Source of the DNA: a virus
Taxonomy: Duplodnaviria > Caudoviricetes
Virus record (IMG/VR): IMGVR_UViG_3300032007_000001
Direction: 5' to 3' (one strand)
DNA length: 64,000 bases
Position numbers and translations under genes: made by a program. Below, piece by piece: positions 10,273 through 21,238 of the stretch. The notes under the pieces were generated by a model, which ran no database searches, was not told the origin of the DNA, and saw nothing but the letters and a program-made list of their open reading frames with translations. Positions within the stretch are counted from its first letter, which is position 1, and each line of letters opens with the position of its first letter.

Positions 10273-10528
10273 CGCAATTTCCTTCTTTACGTTGATTTCT
10301 TATGTTTTCAACGAATTCTCTAATATGTTGTGGGAGAAAAACATCGAAATCATAATTATCAACCATTTGATGAGATAATTTTTCAAGGAAATCGTCTCCA
10401 ACTTTTACATTATAAATATCGGCAATGTCCAACAATTCATCATCGCTGATGTGTTTTTCCAAATATTCGAAAAATTGGTTTTCCCATGAAAAGTTACTTT
10501 TAACTAATTTAGAAAAATTCTTCTTCAT
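10211..10528 (-). CDS. Hypothetical protein (basic N-terminus, acidic body)
   Basis: Start at ATG 10528 with RBS AAGGAG. Confidence 0.55.
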   Translation of the reverse strand: MKKNFSKLVKSNFSWENQFFEYLEKHISDDELLDIADIYNVKVGDDFLEKLSHQMVDNYDFDVFLPQHIREFVENIRNQRKEGNCVEKRNLESQDKVLHLVPFYT

Positions 10529-12197
10529 TGTTTTTCTCCTTATCCATAGCTTTGATTCCATTCATAAATTTATTCAAATCGAAATTATCATAAGAAATAA
10601 GGCGTTGTGCAAAATAAGGGAGATATCTCTTAAAATTATTCCAAATACGAATGAATCCTTTGTCAAGAACATATGTAACAGACCAATCATCTTCCGAACG
10701 AGTGCTCCTACCGCAGGCCTGAACAAATTCTCTAAGCATTTTAATAGCGTAGAAAGTAAAATTTGTTTTGGAAATGTACTGAATACGCGGGTCAGAAAGG
10801 CTTGCATAAGGAAGTTTCATAATGATTTGAAACCGAGACAAGTCCTCCTTTAAATCAACGCCGCTCATCATAGAAGGAGAAACCAAAATAGAAGCAACTT
10901 TTGCTTTTTCATGTACTTTAACAAGATATTCATTACTAGCATTATTTTGTTTGTAAATAAAACGTTTTGAAGGAATACGATTTACAAGGAAATTCATTAC
11001 TTTATAATTTCCAGTGTGAATGATTCCTTTTGAATTTTTATGAGTAGCAATAATATCTTTTACAATATTTTTTGCTTTATCAACGGTTTTATCATATTCT
11101 CCCATTTTGAAAGAAAGAATGGGATTGAGCACAACTGGCGAACGATGTGGGTCGAAAGTACTTTGTTCTGAAATGTACATCGTTTTATCTGGGTCAATAC
11201 CAAGTTCTTGGCAGAAGTTATTTTTGCCAAAAATCGTAGCAGACATAAAAAGTACTTTTTTAATTGCTTTTCTATCAATGAATTCCTTAAACATTGTTTT
11301 AGAAGCAATAGGAAGACAAAGAATGGAAGTACCTTCACATTTAGTAATCCAATTACCAGAATCGTATGTTTCTACATAATTAAAAATGCGACGAGTATAC
11401 TCTTCCATTTCTTCTTTTTCTTTATATTTTTCAAACAATTCTTTTTTAAGTTCTTTATCTTCTGTACCAATCAGATTGGAAATACGTATTTTGTTTTCCT
11501 GAATGCGTTTTTCCAACATTTCATTGATAGTACGAAGTATTTCAATGTTTTTTTCATCATCATTGGAAAAAGTTTTATGAAAATAGCATTCTTCTCTAAA
11601 AGACAAGTTAGCTTCTGCAAAGAATTTCTTTTCAATATCTTCCAAGTCAACATCTACTTTTGCCAAATCAACGAGAGTGTCATCAAGAAGATGACATTCA
11701 TCAATAACAATAATATCTCTCGGCACAAGCGTATCTTTCGTTTTTTTATGAGAAGCAAATGAAAGGAACAATGCATAAGAACTAATGAACATTTCCGAAC
11801 GCATTGCTTGGTCAAAAGCATTTGAATATGGGCAACGATTGAATTTATTGCAAGTTGCTTTCGTTCCAGCTGTTTCAAGGCATTTACCATGAGCACAAGA
11901 CATCTTGGGGTCAAGAGCACAAGCATAATTGCCTTTTCCTTTCAAAAGAGAAACATCAAAATTTTTGAATTCATTTTCATATTGTTCTTGAAGCATTTTT
12001 GTGGAAGTTAAAACGTAGCTATTGCCAAAATAACCGGAAAGAGTTTTGGCAATAGCAGATTTGCCAATACCAGTACCAGCTTCAAGCACAATGTAACGAA
12101 TATTATTGTTGTCAACACATTCTTCAATTTTATTCAAAATTTTATCTTGAACCGGACGGATTTCTTTATGAGGAAAAAATCGTGTAAGTTTATTCAT
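10509..12197 (-). CDS. DinG/Rad3(XPD)-like SF2 helicase with Fe-S cysteines
   Basis: AGTGIGKS Walker A, DECH, MSAT, QACGRSTR. KGKGNYAC...C...C...CPY cluster. Confidence 0.85.
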   Translation of the reverse strand: MNKLTRFFPHKEIRPVQDKILNKIEECVDNNNIRYIVLEAGTGIGKSAIAKTLSGYFGNSYVLTSTKMLQEQYENEFKNFDVSLLKGKGNYACALDPKMSCAHGKCLETAGTKATCNKFNRCPYSNAFDQAMRSEMFISSYALFLSFASHKKTKDTLVPRDIIVIDECHLLDDTLVDLAKVDVDLEDIEKKFFAEANLSFREECYFHKTFSNDDEKNIEILRTINEMLEKRIQENKIRISNLIGTEDKELKKELFEKYKEKEEMEEYTRRIFNYVETYDSGNWITKCEGTSILCLPIASKTMFKEFIDRKAIKKVLFMSATIFGKNNFCQELGIDPDKTMYISEQSTFDPHRSPVVLNPILSFKMGEYDKTVDKAKNIVKDIIATHKNSKGIIHTGNYKVMNFLVNRIPSKRFIYKQNNASNEYLVKVHEKAKVASILVSPSMMSGVDLKEDLSRFQIIMKLPYASLSDPRIQYISKTNFTFYAIKMLREFVQACGRSTRSEDDWSVTYVLDKGFIRIWNNFKRYLPYFAQRLISYDNFDLNKFMNGIKAMDKEKNNEEEFF

Positions 12198-12227
12198 GAT
12201 ATTCTCTCCTTTTCCGATCTTTTCCAT

Positions 12228-12256
12228 ATTATACCACAAGTTGATATAATTGTAAA
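12228..12256 (-). promoter_or_regulatory. Sigma-A-type early promoter (TTTACA-17-TATAAT, extended -10 TG)
   Basis: Minus strand TTTACA attatatcaacttgtgg TATAAT just upstream of the helicase. Confidence 0.7.
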
Positions 12257-12293
12257 TAGAAAAGAGAACGTTTTTTCGTTCTCTTTTAAGTAA

Positions 12294-13076
12294 TCAATAA
12301 CCATAGAATTGCCTTTGAATATTCTCAACATTTTTTGTAATATATATATCTTTAATTTCTGTTTTGTCCATTGTGAGAATACAAAGATTCATAAAAGCAA
12401 AGAACACACCAGCAAATGCATGATAAAGTTTTCCCATATCTATCTTATCATTTGGTTTCTTCCAATGTTTCCAAGAAATTTGTTGTCTTACTAGAGCACA
12501 CATATCGGATAAACTACATACTGCTTTTAAGATAGATAAATCATAATTGTTATCTAATTTAAGAAAATTTTTAATACCATAGTGTTGGAATTCGTACGAA
12601 ATGTCCAACAAATCTCCTTTGTCTGTTATTTCAAAACGTTTGCGATAAGCTTGCTCTATTTCTTTCGCAGACGCATTACCACAAATGAACATATCCATAA
12701 CAAAATGAAGAATGTCAATAACTTCTTTTTTAAGTTCTTCTTTATTATTTACTTTTGGTTCTGCATAAATATTTAAGTATTCTCTAATTTCTCTTATTTC
12801 ATCTTCTATGCATACAAGATATCTATCAATCCAATGGTCCATTTCTTCTTTATTGATATTGTTTATATCGTGAAAACGAGATTCAAATTTTTGTTGCATT
12901 GAAAAAATAAGTTCCCATGCAGGAAGAGATGTATTGAAATGATTTGATGTTAAAATTTCATTGACTTTTCTTGGGTCGCTGGCATCTTTATAAGCAAAGA
13001 ATTTTGGACACGGACATTTGATATCTTCACATTTCTTTTCAAGATACGGACAATCTTTTTTGTTGAAATCACTCAT
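12294..13076 (-). CDS. Dimeric all-alpha dUTPase-like (MazG/dUTPase_2 superfamily)
   Basis: Q..F, EDEIRE, EVIDILHF, SWKHWK, K.VEN.QRQ..GY motifs. Confidence 0.75.
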   Translation of the reverse strand: MSDFNKKDCPYLEKKCEDIKCPCPKFFAYKDASDPRKVNEILTSNHFNTSLPAWELIFSMQQKFESRFHDINNINKEEMDHWIDRYLVCIEDEIREIREYLNIYAEPKVNNKEELKKEVIDILHFVMDMFICGNASAKEIEQAYRKRFEITDKGDLLDISYEFQHYGIKNFLKLDNNYDLSILKAVCSLSDMCALVRQQISWKHWKKPNDKIDMGKLYHAFAGVFFAFMNLCILTMDKTEIKDIYITKNVENIQRQFYGY

Positions 13077-13174
13077 TGTTTTTCTTCCTTTCCAATGTTT
13101 TAAGCAACAAGTTATTTTATTATTTTTTTGATTAACTATATCTTATACAAAATTTTTGTTTAAAATAAATTTGG

Positions 13175-13612
13175 GTGATATTTATGGTAATACCAAATGA
13201 AATAATGGATAAAGCAATTAGAACATTAGATAGAATGTTTGATTATATTAACAATCAAGATGTTTCTTTCCTTGTATATATGAATAAAGATTTTCCATTA
13301 AGTAAGGTTTTTGTTAAAGGAATCAATGAATTGAAAAATTATAAAATTCCATTTCATTTTCGTTGTGTAGATGATATAAAGGGTTATACAAAAGATTCTA
13401 AAATGATTGTATTTACGATACTTATAAATGATTTTGGAATTAATGATGTTATATATAAACACAATGATATTTCAAATTTATATGAAACGAAATATAAAAA
13501 AGAAATTTTTCAAATTTTTGTAAATTGCCAATATACTAATTATAGATTAATGATGCAAATGTTTGAAGACGCTATTCATAGAGTTATTGAAAAAAGATTT
13601 ATCAAGCTATAA
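13175..13612 (+). CDS. Hypothetical protein
   Basis: ORF. Confidence 0.6.
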   Translation: MIFMVIPNEIMDKAIRTLDRMFDYINNQDVSFLVYMNKDFPLSKVFVKGINELKNYKIPFHFRCVDDIKGYTKDSKMIVFTILINDFGINDVIYKHNDISNLYETKYKKEIFQIFVNCQYTNYRLMMQMFEDAIHRVIEKRFIKL

Positions 13613-13673
13613 ACTTTTTTGCATATTAAAATTATTTATTTTAAGAGAACAATGACGCAATGGAGTGATATAG

Positions 13674-15686
13674 ATGAAATATCTTGACTTGGAACATCTA
13701 ACAATGAAATTAGATGGCCAAGCTGTAGCGTTGTCAAACTATAAAATTTTTGTTAATGGAAAAATAAATAATTTAGATTCTTTTAAGTCAAGTAATGAAT
13801 CAAATTTAAATAAATTAAATTCTATTATTACAAATGGTATTTCTATTTCTGATTTTGAAAGTGAATTAAGAACAAACCTTGAATCAGCTATAAACGTTGA
13901 AACAGATTTGACTGAATTGGTTAATAGAGATACATACCTTGACAACATAAAGGCAAATAAAAGTAATGTATATACAAAAACAGAGTCAGACAATAAATTA
14001 TCTGATTTTTACACAAAAACAGAAATTGATGAAAAAGTTGATTCTGTAAGAGAAAATATTAATGACAACAATTTATTAGGTGAATTACAGGCAACATTTG
14101 ATGCATATAGAAGAGATGCTGAATTGGCAATCAATTCATTACAACAACAAATTAATGAATTAAAAGCATTGAACGTAGCAGAAGGTTTTAATATTGAAAG
14201 TATTGAAATTATAGAAGATATGTCAGTTGAAATTGGAACCGATGCATTAGAAAATTTACCTGAAACAATTAATGTTACTTTAGCAAATGGTAATGTTGTA
14301 AGTGTTCCAATTACATGGAAAACAAATACTTATGATAAAGATACTGAAGGAACATATGTTGTTGAAGGTATATTAAATTTACCAGCAAATATATCAAACT
14401 CAAATAATTTATATCCTGTATTTAATGTAATTGTTAATGATTCATCTCTTAAAATTGTTAGTGTAGATGATATAGAAGATGTTTACGTTGAATATATGGC
14501 ATCGGTTTCTGAAATTTTAGCAAAACTTCCCAATGTTGTTAACGTTACATTGAGTGATAATTCAACTGCACAAGCAACAATCAATTGGGATGCAAGATAT
14601 TATTCAGAAACTTCAATTAATGACCAAACAATTACAGGTTCATTAAATATTGAAAACGTTAAAAATCCGAATAAATTAAAGGCTCAAGTTGTTGTTAAAA
14701 CGATTATTCATGATATTTCAACTTCAACGTTAGCTGAACAAACATATGAAAGAGATTATAGTATAAATTTTGTTTTACCAGAAACAGTTAACGTTACATT
14801 GGATAACGATTCTGTAATATCACTTCCAGTTAATTGGAATACAACGGAATCAATTGATACAAAAACAATTGGGGAAGTAAGTGTTACTGGTGAATTTACA
14901 GATTTGCCAGTAAATGTTAAAAATACTAATAATATAAATACTTCCTGCACAATTAATTTGATTGAAAATCAAAACAATATATCATCTGTTATAAATGCTG
15001 ACGGCGTTACGATTCCATTAAATATAACATTTGAAAATGTTAAATTAGACAAACAAGCAACTGTTACTTTAGTAAGTGGTGAAGTTAAAAAATGTGATAT
15101 CGTATGGGATGGAACTGGATATGATAGAACAACACCAGGGTCCTATACAGTATATGGTGATTTAGTATTAGGAAACTTAAAGAATTTCAATAACTTAAGA
15201 ATTTCTAGTGTTATTGTTATAAGTGAAGACGCAACAGATAATTATGAATGGAGTTATAAATTTATAGTTCCAAATGGTGCATCTCAAATAGAAAATTTTG
15301 CACAAAAACTTGGAGTAACAATTACAGAAGATGAATTCTATGGTCCATGGAGTAATGAATTAGATGACTATGATTATGCTGGACGTAAAATAGAACTTCG
15401 TTATCTTGGTTCAACGCTTCAAGATGTTGATGATTTATCTACTGATATTGATAAAACACAAATTAAGAAAACTGGTATAATAGATGCATATGGAAATGAA
15501 GGATTATTGATTCCATATATGTCACAAGAAGAATCAATGAAAGACGAATTTGACAATAACGTTGTTAATGCTGGAGAACCAAACAGTAATAGAGCCGTCG
15601 ATTATTATGACGACAGCGATATTTTATTATTTGAAAGCAAAGCATTGTCAAATCAAATTTATTTAATTAGAAAAATTGGCGAGTGA
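13674..15686 (+). CDS. Virion protein with N-terminal fibre-like YTK.E.D repeats and four Ig-like (Big_4-type) domains
   Basis: Repeated LPETV.VTL.....V.W....G.Y.V.G.L; YTKTESD/YTKTEID. Confidence 0.7.
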   Translation: MKYLDLEHLTMKLDGQAVALSNYKIFVNGKINNLDSFKSSNESNLNKLNSIITNGISISDFESELRTNLESAINVETDLTELVNRDTYLDNIKANKSNVYTKTESDNKLSDFYTKTEIDEKVDSVRENINDNNLLGELQATFDAYRRDAELAINSLQQQINELKALNVAEGFNIESIEIIEDMSVEIGTDALENLPETINVTLANGNVVSVPITWKTNTYDKDTEGTYVVEGILNLPANISNSNNLYPVFNVIVNDSSLKIVSVDDIEDVYVEYMASVSEILAKLPNVVNVTLSDNSTAQATINWDARYYSETSINDQTITGSLNIENVKNPNKLKAQVVVKTIIHDISTSTLAEQTYERDYSINFVLPETVNVTLDNDSVISLPVNWNTTESIDTKTIGEVSVTGEFTDLPVNVKNTNNINTSCTINLIENQNNISSVINADGVTIPLNITFENVKLDKQATVTLVSGEVKKCDIVWDGTGYDRTTPGSYTVYGDLVLGNLKNFNNLRISSVIVISEDATDNYEWSYKFIVPNGASQIENFAQKLGVTITEDEFYGPWSNELDDYDYAGRKIELRYLGSTLQDVDDLSTDIDKTQIKKTGIIDAYGNEGLLIPYMSQEESMKDEFDNNVVNAGEPNSNRAVDYYDDSDILLFESKALSNQIYLIRKIGE

Positions 15687-15700
15687 GAGGTGAGTAACAT

Positions 15701-16321
15701 ATGCCAACATTTGATACAGACACAATGAATGAAATACAAGACAAAGTATTAACTAATAATGTTACTGACAACCCATTAATGCCATATAGTAAAGTTGCCA
15801 GAAAAAATAAGCAGCTAAATACAAACAATAAAGCAGTTGTATCAGCTGTTAACGAATTGTTTTCAAAAAGTACTCAGGTTGAAAAATATACAACTGATTC
15901 TGTAATAGCTCAAAATAAAATTATTGGTGACGCTATAAATGACCCAGATATGTTAAATAAATTAAAAAGCGTTGCACCAACAATTATTGATGCACTAGTA
16001 GATACAAAAAATAAAATAGATGATTTACTCAATTTCATATTGGATGATTATGAAGATGTATTTACTGTAACAACCAAGGTTTCAAATTTTCCATTGACTC
16101 ATACTCCAATTGGAAAAATTAAAATGTTTATAAATGGAATGCGTCAATTTAGAACGACGTTTGAATATGATAAAGATACCAATTCTATTAATTGGTTATT
16201 TGTTCCTGATAAAGGCGGATTTGATATAGAAGATTCGGAAGTTGTATTCGAATATGATTACAATAGAGAATTGGAACAGGAACAAGAACAAGAAGAGGAA
16301 GAGGTAGAAAACAATGGCTGA
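15701..16321 (+). CDS. Tail/appendage-associated protein
   Basis: L.T..K.VV.AVNEL fibre motif; C-terminal LT.TP...KMFING domain shared with 19237..21186. Confidence 0.55.
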   Translation: MPTFDTDTMNEIQDKVLTNNVTDNPLMPYSKVARKNKQLNTNNKAVVSAVNELFSKSTQVEKYTTDSVIAQNKIIGDAINDPDMLNKLKSVAPTIIDALVDTKNKIDDLLNFILDDYEDVFTVTTKVSNFPLTHTPIGKIKMFINGMRQFRTTFEYDKDTNSINWLFVPDKGGFDIEDSEVVFEYDYNRELEQEQEQEEEEVENNG

Positions 16322-17456
16322 TGTATTAAATCAATTGCCAGGCGTAAAATCGAGAGTAGTAAATTTACAATCGAAAGTATCTGCGCTTCAAACACAATCT
16401 GGCCAAATGGGATTGTTTGTTTGGGAAACAGACGAAAATGGAGACTTAATGCCTCCAAGAAAATTAACAAATAAAAAAATAGCTTCGCATGTAATGGGTA
16501 TGGTGTTAACTCAAGAAGGTGGAGGAAATGGTACATGGGTAAGAATAAACGAAAATTATGAGACAGTACCATTTGATTTTAACCATGGAACCTGGACTAA
16601 CATGAAATCAATTACAACTGATAGAGGAGCCTTTGTAGAAATACCAATTACATATGTAAAAACAGAAACAATAACGAGTGGTATTTATTCTGGTAAAAAA
16701 TGTTGGTGGATAGCAGACGGTTATGCAGAAGGTTTTCATATTCATCCAGTATTTATTGGAAGCGATGGACAACCACATAATTTACAAATAGCTTCTTATA
16801 TTGCATCAAAAGACAATGAAAATTTACCATGTTCTGCTGATGTTGCCAATGAAAGTGATTATTGGACAGATATTGAATATAGTGATGTTCGTTCAACCGC
16901 ATTAACAGCAAATTCAATAACTGAAAATGGATATAGAGCATATAACATCTATGACCATCATTTTCTCGCCAGAATGATGTTAACTGAATTCGGAACACCA
17001 AATGTTCAATCACTTACAATAAATAACGTTGCTTGGACTGGTACAAATAGAATTAATTATCATGGAATTTATGATTTGTTTGGTACACCAAACTATGGAA
17101 CTTATTGTTGGATAGATGGTTTTTCAACGATTGATGGAACGTATCAAGTTATGTCTGCTACTGGTTCTGGTTTGATTATTGAAACAGAAATCGATTGCGT
17201 CAATGCAAGCGTTTGGCCAATTACATGTAGAATTGATAAAGTAAATGGAATCGATTTTGGTGATTTATTTATAGCAAGCGCATCAAATGCAACTGAAAAC
17301 AATGGTAGTTTTTCAGATTATCAATACTTAAATTCTGGCAAAGCATTTGTTGTATCTTGGGGCACAGAATCAAATCAAGGCGCATTTTGTTTGTTGGATA
17401 GTTTACCAACAACAAGTGCTCCAACAGTTGGTTGGAGATTGGTAAAATGCAGTTAA
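16314..17456 (+). CDS. Receptor-binding protein, Mtd/FGE-type C-type-lectin-like fold
   Basis: FVEIP, GF.IHP.F, YIAS, E.GT.N.Q, HGIYDLFG, GAF.L, VGWRL motifs. Confidence 0.6.
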   Translation: MADVLNQLPGVKSRVVNLQSKVSALQTQSGQMGLFVWETDENGDLMPPRKLTNKKIASHVMGMVLTQEGGGNGTWVRINENYETVPFDFNHGTWTNMKSITTDRGAFVEIPITYVKTETITSGIYSGKKCWWIADGYAEGFHIHPVFIGSDGQPHNLQIASYIASKDNENLPCSADVANESDYWTDIEYSDVRSTALTANSITENGYRAYNIYDHHFLARMMLTEFGTPNVQSLTINNVAWTGTNRINYHGIYDLFGTPNYGTYCWIDGFSTIDGTYQVMSATGSGLIIETEIDCVNASVWPITCRIDKVNGIDFGDLFIASASNATENNGSFSDYQYLNSGKAFVVSWGTESNQGAFCLLDSLPTTSAPTVGWRLVKCS

Positions 17457-17487
17457 AAAAAGAGCACTTAATTGTGCTCTTTTTATT

Positions 17488-17952
17488 TTAGAATTCTATA
17501 CTATGCGTTAATCTTCCATCTGTATATATTCTAGCAGTATTGCTTGTTAAAATAGTACCATCATCCAATGTAATTTGTGGAGTTGAATCTTCGGCTGGCA
17601 CATCTCCATCAGAAGAAATCCATACAGAATCAGCAACGCTTGGTTGCGTTTGAGAATAACTAGATGTTGTAATATTTTGTGTTTGTATACTTTCTGATGG
17701 TCCACCAAAATTTGAATCAATGTTATCTGTAACACCAGATGAAATACATAACAATCTGTAGAAAAATGGTAATTTATCAGAATATACCAATTCATCTTCT
17801 TCATATAACATATTTCTTTCTAATAATTTAGCGCCGTATCTTGTATGAAGAACGAAATTGTTTACAGATTGTTCTGTGAGGAAAAAATTTTTCATTTCCT
17901 CTATATATGCAATTAATGTTTCTCTTTGTATTGCTTGTATATCTTCGGCCAT
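17488..17952 (-). CDS. Tail-fibre module protein
   Basis: LERN..YE..E.VYS..LP....L.C..SG module shared with 18294, 39121 and 52957. Confidence 0.55.
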   Translation of the reverse strand: MAEDIQAIQRETLIAYIEEMKNFFLTEQSVNNFVLHTRYGAKLLERNMLYEEDELVYSDKLPFFYRLLCISSGVTDNIDSNFGGPSESIQTQNITTSSYSQTQPSVADSVWISSDGDVPAEDSTPQITLDDGTILTSNTARIYTDGRLTHSIEF

Positions 17953-17965
17953 TTATGTGCACCTC

Positions 17966-18280
17966 TCAAGCATTTCTAAAAATTTCTCTTGCTTCATCAG
18001 AACTCATAACGTCCGTTACGCGCAAAGAAATATTTATATCTTGCGTTCCGTCAAAATCAACGCCATTTATTTTTACAGGTGTTGCTAATTTTGACGCCGT
18101 CGCTGCGTTTCCAGCTATTCCATTTTCATGAGCAGTAGCCAATTCATTATGTTCATTAATTTTATTATCTACTAATGGTATGTGATTTACATATAAATGA
18201 CCCCAAGGTTTTTCTGGTATTCCTAATGAACCTTCGCCAGCTGCTCTTGGTACTATATTTTTTGTTGCCAAATTAATCAC
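17966..18280 (-). CDS. Short tail-fibre-like protein
   Basis: NIVPR..GEG.LG...KPW and GNAATASKL.TP..INGV.FDGT.DI fibre repeat. Confidence 0.65.
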   Translation of the reverse strand: MINLATKNIVPRAAGEGSLGIPEKPWGHLYVNHIPLVDNKINEHNELATAHENGIAGNAATASKLATPVKINGVDFDGTQDINISLRVTDVMSSDEAREIFRNA

Positions 18281-18293
18281 TTCCTAAAAATTT

Positions 18294-18542
18294 TTAACGA
18301 AGTTCAACTGGTTCTTGCATTCCAGAAACACCAGATTGTACACAAATCAATTTATATCCTTCTGGAATTAATTCAGAATAAACAGTTTCTCCTTCTTCAT
18401 ATTGTGTATTTCTTTCCAATACTTTAGTACCTTGTCTAGTTTTATAATATATTTTTCTCACCAAACTTTCAGTAATGAAATAATCTTTCATTTCTTTAGT
18501 AAATCCATCTAAAGCTACTTCTGTTACTGGTGTTTCAAACAT
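18294..18542 (-). CDS. Small tail-fibre module protein (paralogue of the 17488 N-terminus)
   Basis: EMK..F.TE..V......TR.G.K.LERN similarity. Confidence 0.6.
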   Translation of the reverse strand: MFETPVTEVALDGFTKEMKDYFITESLVRKIYYKTRQGTKVLERNTQYEEGETVYSELIPEGYKLICVQSGVSGMQEPVELR

Positions 18543-18702
18543 ATTTACACCTCTCTAATTACAATGTCATATTTTTACTCAAATTCAAAATAAAAGAATT
18601 TGATAAATGAATTACATGAAAATAAAAAAACTTTTTTGGGTGTATATTTCGCTTAAAAAATATTATTTTATTTTTGAGTTCAATAAAAGAGGTGATTATG
18701 TT

Positions 18703-19212
18703 TTGCCTACTAAAAATATAGTTCCTCGCGCTGATGGTGAGGGAGGATTTGGAAGAGTAGATAAACCATGGGGAAGTATTTATGCAAATGATATTCCTTA
18801 TATGAGTGAGCATGTAAATATTCATAATTCAACTCCCGAATCAACACATATTGAAGGTATTAGTGGAAACGCCGCGTCGGCATCTGGGTTCTATAATCCA
18901 GTTAGAATTAATACAATTTTGTTTAGAGGGGACGAGGATATAAGCATTCCATTAGCAAATGAAAATTTTATGGATGCACAAGATGTTATAGATGCATGGA
19001 ATACTGTATGGGAAGCAAATATCGAAACTGTATCATTAATACAATCTCCAACCGTAACAGATACAAACAATGCTATTGTTGTATCTGATGTTGATGCGAC
19101 ATCAGATGTTCAACATGCAGATGTAGTTATTACAGATAGCGGAACTACACTAACAGATTGTATTGGTAGAGTATCTTTAAGCGATGGTTCAACAATACAA
19201 ATTAATTTATAA
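18703..19212 (+). CDS. Tail-fibre-like protein (paralogue of 17966)
   Basis: TTG start after RBS GAGGTGA; TKNIVPRADGEG, GISGNAASAS. Confidence 0.6.
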   Translation: MPTKNIVPRADGEGGFGRVDKPWGSIYANDIPYMSEHVNIHNSTPESTHIEGISGNAASASGFYNPVRINTILFRGDEDISIPLANENFMDAQDVIDAWNTVWEANIETVSLIQSPTVTDTNNAIVVSDVDATSDVQHADVVITDSGTTLTDCIGRVSLSDGSTIQINL

Positions 19213-19236
19213 AAAATTATAAAGGGTGATAAATAA

Positions 19237-21186
19237 ATGTTAGCGAATCTTGCTCAAATTAAAGGCGGTTTGAAATTACGCGAAGATGTTGATTCTTTAC
19301 TTAATTTTCAACGTCAATTAAGTGCAACTCAGATTATTACAACGATTGTAAAGGATGATACTACAAATCCTGTTACAAATTGGAACGTTGATGATATCTT
19401 AAAAGCTATTATCGATAGTTCAGAAATTGATGGTGCTAATAAGGTTACTCTTGCAACATTAAATACTGCTTTAAGCAATTTCAAGGATAAGCAAATTAAA
19501 GACGTTGTTAGAGTACAACTTGCTGCCGTAAAAGAAGAAGAACCTAATGAAGGTTTTACTGTAGATGTAACCGGTGTTGATTCCGGATTAAAGGTGGCAG
19601 CAAACGATGCACTCCCAGTTTATACTACAGACGGTAGAGTTGTTTATGCTGATGCTGGTATTACTCAATTAACCATTAACCTTTCAACTGGCGCATTCCC
19701 AGTTGGTGCCGTTCCTCAGGTTATGGTTGATAATACAGCCGATAGAACACAAAATGAAACCGAAGTTGGTGTTACTCATTATACAGCTTTAGATGATGAC
19801 TTCAATTTCAAGGTTTTCGCAACTGGTACATTTACATTAAATACATTACCAACAGACGCATTACTTGATAATCAGGAAATGCAGTCACTCGCTTATGACC
19901 AAGCAATTGATAAGATTGTATTGAAGTTGGCTTCTGACGAAGATATTATTGCTTCAATTTCAGCTTTGGTTGGTCAAACAGCCGTTCAACAACAGATTGA
20001 AAGTGTAACAAATACATTATATAGATATTCCGCTATTCAAGGTACTCCTGCAGTTGAAGAAAGCGGCACTGAAGGAGAAGACGATTACGTTGCTCCAGTT
20101 GCTGCTGAAACGATTACAGCTAATACTCATGTTTATTCAGCAAATAGAGTTGACCAGTTAATTACTGCGGCAACTGCTCATTCAAATGCCGAAATTGATA
20201 AAAAGCATAATTTCGCAGCAATTAATACGGCTGTTGCAGCTGAAGAAATTGCAGTTGTAAGCACGATTGGTCAAGTTGATTATGTTGCTCCTCAGGCTGC
20301 CGTTGTACAAGAAGCTCCAGCAAATGCAAACACTCCGGTAGATTCAAGTGCAGTCGTAACTTCTAAGATTAATGCTGCTATTAAAGCATCTCTTGAAGAT
20401 GTATCTGCTGCTATTTACGCTGTTGATGCAAAAACTTATGATTTTGCACACATTGTTGGCGCGCAGTCTGTAGCTGCTGTTGGCGAAGAAGGACAACCTG
20501 GTTATGTAGCCGCCGTTCCAGCAGAAACAGTAACAGAGACTACAGCGGTATATTCAAAAGCAGCTGTTGACCAGTTATTCTCTGGCGTTGCTGGTCAAAT
20601 TTCGGATGCATTAACTACTACAGTTAAACTGACACAATTAGTTGGTGGCGCACAACAACTTGGCGAAGATGGCGTAACCGTAACGCGTGCAGCAGAACAA
20701 ATTTCTCAGAGCACACAGGTTTATACGAAACAGGCCGTTGATGACGCAATCGAAGCCGCAACTGGCGATATGCTTACAAATGCTCTTGCATATTCGCAGG
20801 AAAATGCTGCTCGTATTGATGCGGTACAAACTGCATGTGTACCTGTTATTGATGAAATTGCAATTTCTAGTGCAAGCGCTGTAACTTCATTTAACTTAAC
20901 GGCTACTCCAAATGCTACAAAAGTTAAGATGTTCATCAATGGTGCAACGTATTGGGAAGGCGAGGAATTTACAGTTGACCGCACAAACAATACCGTTGCT
21001 TGGACATTCACTGCTCAAACAAATCTTGACGGCACTCCAGTTAGCGGACATGAAGAAGGCGTTGATGGATTTACGATTACAAATGCTCTTACAAATAAGG
21101 TTCGTTTCGAATATTACACCGGTACATTTGTAACACGTACAGTTCCAGTTCCAACACCAGCTTCTCCAGAACCGTCCGGAGACTAA
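19237..21186 (+). CDS. Large Ala/Val/Thr-rich virion fibre/appendage protein
   Basis: Repeats G.EG...YVA.V.AE and VYS..AVD; C-terminal KMFING domain. Confidence 0.6.
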   Translation: MLANLAQIKGGLKLREDVDSLLNFQRQLSATQIITTIVKDDTTNPVTNWNVDDILKAIIDSSEIDGANKVTLATLNTALSNFKDKQIKDVVRVQLAAVKEEEPNEGFTVDVTGVDSGLKVAANDALPVYTTDGRVVYADAGITQLTINLSTGAFPVGAVPQVMVDNTADRTQNETEVGVTHYTALDDDFNFKVFATGTFTLNTLPTDALLDNQEMQSLAYDQAIDKIVLKLASDEDIIASISALVGQTAVQQQIESVTNTLYRYSAIQGTPAVEESGTEGEDDYVAPVAAETITANTHVYSANRVDQLITAATAHSNAEIDKKHNFAAINTAVAAEEIAVVSTIGQVDYVAPQAAVVQEAPANANTPVDSSAVVTSKINAAIKASLEDVSAAIYAVDAKTYDFAHIVGAQSVAAVGEEGQPGYVAAVPAETVTETTAVYSKAAVDQLFSGVAGQISDALTTTVKLTQLVGGAQQLGEDGVTVTRAAEQISQSTQVYTKQAVDDAIEAATGDMLTNALAYSQENAARIDAVQTACVPVIDEIAISSASAVTSFNLTATPNATKVKMFINGATYWEGEEFTVDRTNNTVAWTFTAQTNLDGTPVSGHEEGVDGFTITNALTNKVRFEYYTGTFVTRTVPVPTPASPEPSGD

Positions 21187-21238
21187 TATAAATAACAAAG
21201 GAGGTTCTTTTATGAACCTCCTTTAATTATATAAAAAG

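Noticed and set aside
12198-12239. MWYN N-terminal extensions of helicase and RNA ligase in the ORF track
   Set aside because: They are translations of the TGGTATAAT -10 promoter box; the true starts lie downstream behind an RBS.
16314-17456. Diversity-generating retroelement target
   Set aside because: Mtd-like fold, but no reverse transcriptase or adenine-variant template repeat is seen in this window (could lie elsewhere).
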